The notes under the pieces were generated by a model, which worked only from the letters and a program-made list of their open reading frames with translations, searched no databases and was not told the DNA's origin. Both the position numbers and the translations under genes were made by a program. From the NCBI RefSeq assembly GCF_011745625.1, contig NW_027191453.1, forward strand, positions 310,001 through 374,000: a DNA stretch of 64,000 nucleotides, written 5' to 3'. The number at the start of each line of letters is the position of its first letter. The first letter of the stretch is position 1. Shown piece after piece: positions 59,601 to 64,000 of this stretch. The stretch is from Cladosporium halotolerans (taxonomy: Eukaryota).

Positions 59601-61636
59601 TACGCTTTGCAGCTCTCTTGACTCACGAGCAAGACTGGCTGCCCGTTCGGGCGTTCGGCGAGTGAACAGTGTTCTTAAAAGCTGCTCTTTGCTCGAGGCC
59701 TCAGCATCGGTTTCAGCCAACCTGGTGATAACCGACTGCAGAGACGCATCGAACGTCGATTCAGATGACAGAGCGTAGAGGCAGTATGCGAGATGTCCCT
59801 GCGATGGCGTGAAAAGCAAGTTCGCAAGGTGCTCCTCCGCAAAGGAAGAGACAGCCGTTTGGACTTCCGCATCGCGGCCAAGCAAATCGCCGCATGAACG
59901 TAGCAGCTCATTGACAGTAGCAGCCGCACCGTAGGGCTTACCACCCCTCGATGTAAGAAGAGCGAAGCACTCATTGATCAGGCGTCTGTCTTGAGAGACG
60001 AACGCCGATCTCAGTGTGTCAGGCAAGTCATGCGTACCATTTGTGAGCTCTCTTTGCAAAGCGGCCCAGCGTTCTCCATTGGCAGCAACTTCCTTTTGCG
60101 ACTTATCAAAGTCTTTCGACTGCTCGGGCTGTGAAATCTTGATCTGTTCAATCAATTGATCTGCAAGAGAGGGCAGCTCTCGCTCAAGCACCAGCGGAAG
60201 ACGTTGGACTTGCGCGACCTTCGACACGATAGACGCAGACCGTGCACCAGGAATGCTCCAATCCGCCATTTCTGGCTTAGGCAGAAGATATTGCTTGATC
60301 ACAGGCAGGACAAAGTTCTCCATCAACTTATCCTGGTCGGGCTCTGGCAAATTGCGTGAACCCACGTCAGCGACAGTTGCGTATGTCTGCCAAGAGTGGG
60401 ATGCATTGAAACGGTCTTCCCTCTTCGAGACACCAATATGAGTGTTTGACATCAACTCCGCCAGCTCGTCGTAGGTTGTGGGCATGATCTGCTCAGGGAT
60501 CTTGCGGACAAGGTTGCCCAGAGCAGGCCAGAACTCGGCTGGTCCAGCTTGCGATCCATGCTTGAGCAACGATCTTAGGCGAGAAGAAGCCGGCTTCTTT
60601 CCACTGTAAGACTCTGTCCATATGCCGGGATGAATGCTGGTCAAGTGATCAAGAGTCTGGACATAATCCAGAGAAGATCCGGTCTGATCCGACGGCAAGC
60701 CCTTGTAAATGTAGGCAGTGCTGATTGCCTTCAAGTTGTCCTTGATGAGATCAGGCTGGTTGTGTATACAAGACCGTACCATTCGGTGCATTGACCGTCT
60801 CACACCGGTGTCTGCGTGGCTGACAAATTCCCAGATCTTGCTCTCCAGTAATTGGTCATAGATGCCCTGCTGCTGTGCTACCTCTTCTGAAGACAAGTTG
60901 TTGAGAATGCTGGTGACAAGCGCAAGGCTAGTCGAGACTACTCGCGCGTAGGTAGCTTGGGCATCGTCGGCGCTCACCGTTCTCTCGTCCGTGAGCGATT
61001 GCACAGTCTCATTCAGTACGGCGTCCTTGCAGTACTCCGCGATAGATTCGTGGAAGGCTTTTCTGACACCCTGAATCTTTTCCGGGGTATTAAATACCAG
61101 AGTGAGGGCATCTTGCGCAGCCCTCGCAGCACCTTTGTCATTGTCGAATGTCCCCGCCAACCATGGGCCAACTATCTTGGGCATATATTTCGCCGTTCTC
61201 TTTCCAGATCTAGAGCACGTTTGGCCATTCAAATTGTGGGATAGTTGTCGTACACGTCGCGCGGAGTCAATCGCAAGGCGAGGGAATAGCTTCGCCTGAG
61301 GTGAGGTGTCAGCGCTAAGCACTCAAGGTGCCTATTGATTGACGGAGGACGTACCCATGCTTGCAAGAAACCCTCCTCCACTGTTGCCTCTGATGCACTG
61401 GTACTTGCAAGCAGATCTTCTAGGGCCTTGGCTTTTGTTGTAGCATCTCTTTTGGAAAGGTTCTTGAATGCGACAACCACGTTCGGGTCGCTGATTTCTG
61501 AGTAGTCGGGCGCTTCTTGAATGTATGATAGCACCGAAGATTGTGACGAGCCAAAGACCGACCCGCCAAATGCTCCAAAGCCGCCTGTGGGTAACCGACC
61601 ACTGCTCGCCTGCGATTTGAATGCCTTCTTACTCAT
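56691..61636 (-). CDS. RKR1: Listerin E3 ubiquitin ligase (ribosome quality control); exons 61636-61355, 61295-56982, 56924-56691
   Basis: N-terminal MSKKAFKSQASS..FKNLSKRDATTKAKAL..LFPRLAID, RWD-like PDSYPL, C-terminal RING ECAICYS..CPTCKNLFHASCLFKWF..CPLCR. Introns 61354-61296 and 56981-56925. Confidence 0.95.
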
Positions 61637-62479
61637 AATCGCGCTGTGAAGGATCGTCGCTCCTGTGGGAAGAGATCGTCGCAAAGTACCGAATATGAAC
61701 GCGCAGTTGTCGCGTGTATGTACAAAAGAGAATGGACGAGGACAGACTTGCAAGAAAACGCAGGGCGGGTTTCGTGAGGACAACAGGTTAAAGTATATTG
61801 CACCTCAAGCTAAGGTACATGTAGACCCGCGAGGCGGCGTCTCAAAAGAATCGCGCCTGAGAACGTCATCGTTGTCCTCACTTCGCGCGCTTAGTGGGGT
61901 ATCGGCGTTTGGCTGAAAGTTTGTGTCATGCGACCTGTGAATGCGTTGTTGTAAGGATCATCCTTCCGCACAATTAACGAACAAGGAACGCTCTGATTTA
62001 TTTAAAATACCATTGCATGTCTATGAAGAGCCAAGAAGTTATATGCAGTGTTATTTGAACGAATTCGATCAGGCTGTCTCATTGAGATTGCCACAAAGTT
62101 TTGGACGCATTGGGATTGCTTCGCCATACCTGCCGTTTCTGCGGCCGATGCATGAGTTGCACTAGGAGCGACCGTGTCTGGCGTAAGCATGTGACTTCGC
62201 GTTTGCAGCGTTGCACGCATCTTCAGTCTTGCATACTACCTTGGCCCGCCATTTAGGCATCAACGTGCTCTTTCGACTCATCGCATAACCCACCCCGAGG
62301 CCATTGAGAATATAAAACGGCAAGCAGCCTCCGAACAGCTTGATCCTCAGCAAAGCTCTCTCGCCACATTTATGGCATATTCGCGATTGAAGGATTGAGC
62401 GAGAAAAGGCCCTTTGTGGGCCGATTTGGTGCCCTCTTTAATTCTCTTCTCTACGACGACCACTCGCTAAGCAGTCACC

Positions 62480-64000
62480 ATGAAGTTCTTCATTGGCGAC
62501 CTGCCGGTCCTCTTCCCGTATCCTCGAATCTATCCTGAGCAATATGCCTACATGTGTGATCTCAAGCGCACGCTAGATTCGGGCGGACACTGTGTTCTGG
62601 AGATGCCTTCAGGGACTGGCAAGACAGTGTCGCTGCTGTCTCTGATTGTCGCATATCAGCAGTTCTATCCGGAGCACAGGAAGCTTATCTACTGCTCGAG
62701 AACCATGTCTGAGATCGAGAAGGCCCTGGCGGAGCTCAAGGCTTTGATGAAATATCGAGCAGATCAGCTAGGTGAGGTGGAAGACTTCAGAGCCTTGGGT
62801 CTCACGAGTCGAAAGAACCTGTGCCTGCACCCGTCTGTGAAGCGGGAAAAGAGCGGTTCAGTGGTTGATGCACGTTGTCGAAGTCTGACAGCAGGTTTCG
62901 TCAAAGAGAAGAAAGAGCGTGGTGAAGATGTGGAGCTCTGTGTCTACCACGAAAACTTGGATCTCCTCGAGCCCCATAATCTTTTGCCCACCGGAGTCTG
63001 GACGCTCGATGGCATGGCTCGATACGGTGAGCAACACAAGCAGTGCCCTTACTTCACGTCCAGACGCATGATGCCCTTCTGCAACGTCATCATCTACTCC
63101 TACCATTATCTCCTTGACCCAAAAATCGCGGAACGAGTGTCCAAAGAACTCTCCAAGGACTGCATAGTCGTGTTCGACGAGGCACACAATATCGATAATG
63201 TGTGCATTGAGTCCCTCAGCATAGACTTGACAGAGGATTCATTGAGGAAGGCTGCCAGAGGTGCATCGAATCTGGAGCGCAAGATCTCCGAAATGAAAGA
63301 CACGGATGCTCAGAAACTACAGAATGAGTACTCAAAGCTTGTAGAAGGCTTACAAGCGGCCGACGAAGCGCGTGACGAAGGAGCTTTCATGTCAAATCCA
63401 GCTCTGCCAGATGATCTTCTCAAGGAGGCTGTTCCTGGAAACATTCGTCGGGCTGAACATTTCACCGCATTCCTCAAACGTTTCATCGAGTATCTGAAGA
63501 CCAGGATGAAAGTTCTGCACGTCATTTCCGAAACTCCGCCTTCGTTCCTTCAACATCTCAAAGAGCTTACCTTCATTGAGAAAAAGCCGCTGCGATTTTG
63601 CGCCGAACGCCTCACATCACTGGTGCGAACACTGGAGCTATCCAACATTGAAGACTACCAGCCGCTACAAGAAGTCGCTTCTTTCGCAACCTTGGTTGCC
63701 ACTTACGATACTGGATTTCTCCTCATCTTAGAGCCTTACGAATCGGACACTGCGACTGTACCCAACCCTATTCTACACTTCACATGTCTTGACGCGGCAA
63801 TCGCCATCAAGCCTGTCTTGGAAAGATTCAGCTCAGTGATCATCACATCGGGAACCATCTCGCCGTTGGAGATGTACCCTAAGATGCTTGGATTCAACAC
63901 GGTTGTGCAAGAGTCATATGCTATGACTTTGGCGAGAAGGTCATTCTTGCCCATGATTGTGACGAGAGGCTCGGATCAAGGCTCGATGTCATCAGGATTC
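62480..64000 (+). CDS. RAD3: TFIIH helicase XPD/Rad3 (5' part; runs off the window)
   Basis: MKFFIGDLPVLFPYPRIYPEQYAYM..LEMPSGTGKTVSLLSL..YCSRTMSEIEKAL..SRKNLC..CPYF..VFDEAHNID..TSGTISP. The frame stays open to the window end, which is why the ORF track omits it. Confidence 0.96.
   Translation, partial: MKFFIGDLPVLFPYPRIYPEQYAYMCDLKRTLDSGGHCVLEMPSGTGKTVSLLSLIVAYQQFYPEHRKLIYCSRTMSEIEKALAELKALMKYRADQLGEVEDFRALGLTSRKNLCLHPSVKREKSGSVVDARCRSLTAGFVKEKKERGEDVELCVYHENLDLLEPHNLLPTGVWTLDGMARYGEQHKQCPYFTSRRMMPFCNVIIYSYHYLLDPKIAERVSKELSKDCIVVFDEAHNIDNVCIESLSIDLTEDSLRKAARGASNLERKISEMKDTDAQKLQNEYSKLVEGLQAADEARDEGAFMSNPALPDDLLKEAVPGNIRRAEHFTAFLKRFIEYLKTRMKVLHVISETPPSFLQHLKELTFIEKKPLRFCAERLTSLVRTLELSNIEDYQPLQEVASFATLVATYDTGFLLILEPYESDTATVPNPILHFTCLDAAIAIKPVLERFSSVIITSGTISPLEMYPKMLGFNTVVQESYAMTLARRSFLPMIVTRGSDQGSMSSGF

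Noticed and set aside
7274..64000. Two Fe-S helicases (CHL1, RAD3) and two large E3 ligases (UBR1, RKR1) as a functional cluster
   Set aside because: Tens of kb apart and interspersed with unrelated genes; compatible with chance.

Overview
Eukaryotic, intron-containing DNA from a filamentous ascomycete. GT-AG introns of about 50-95 nt with CTRAC/CTAAY branch points and the protein sequences suggest a Dothideomycete, probably Capnodiales/Mycosphaerellales-like (inference). About 20 genes can be reconstructed, most of them core genes: a secreted MRJP/yellow-family protein, UGGT (C-terminal HDEL), CHL1, VMA12, COQ1, UBR1, QCR9 (4 exons, absent from the ORF track), mitochondrial ACP (6 exons), VPS74, SNF5, a RED-like protein, a Zn2Cys6 transcription factor, formamidase (8 exons) with usgS directly upstream, INP1, a TPT/SLC35 transporter, RKR1/LTN1 and the 5' part of RAD3/XPD. 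An atypical middle zone (about 30-47.5 kb) holds a decayed RNF216/TRIAD3-like RBR ligase pseudogene, about 10 kb of GC-rich, microsatellite-rich non-coding DNA around the Zn2Cys6 gene, and an apparent divergent NuiA-like ORF. The main leads are the usgS-fmdS tandem known from Aspergillus nidulans transcriptional interference, recurrent C/A-rich to G/T-rich skew flips independent of gene orientation, a spliced uORF ahead of SNF5, and the NuiA-like ORF. No tRNA, rRNA, CRISPR array or intact transposon was recognised. Homology calls come from recalled motifs, not database searches.
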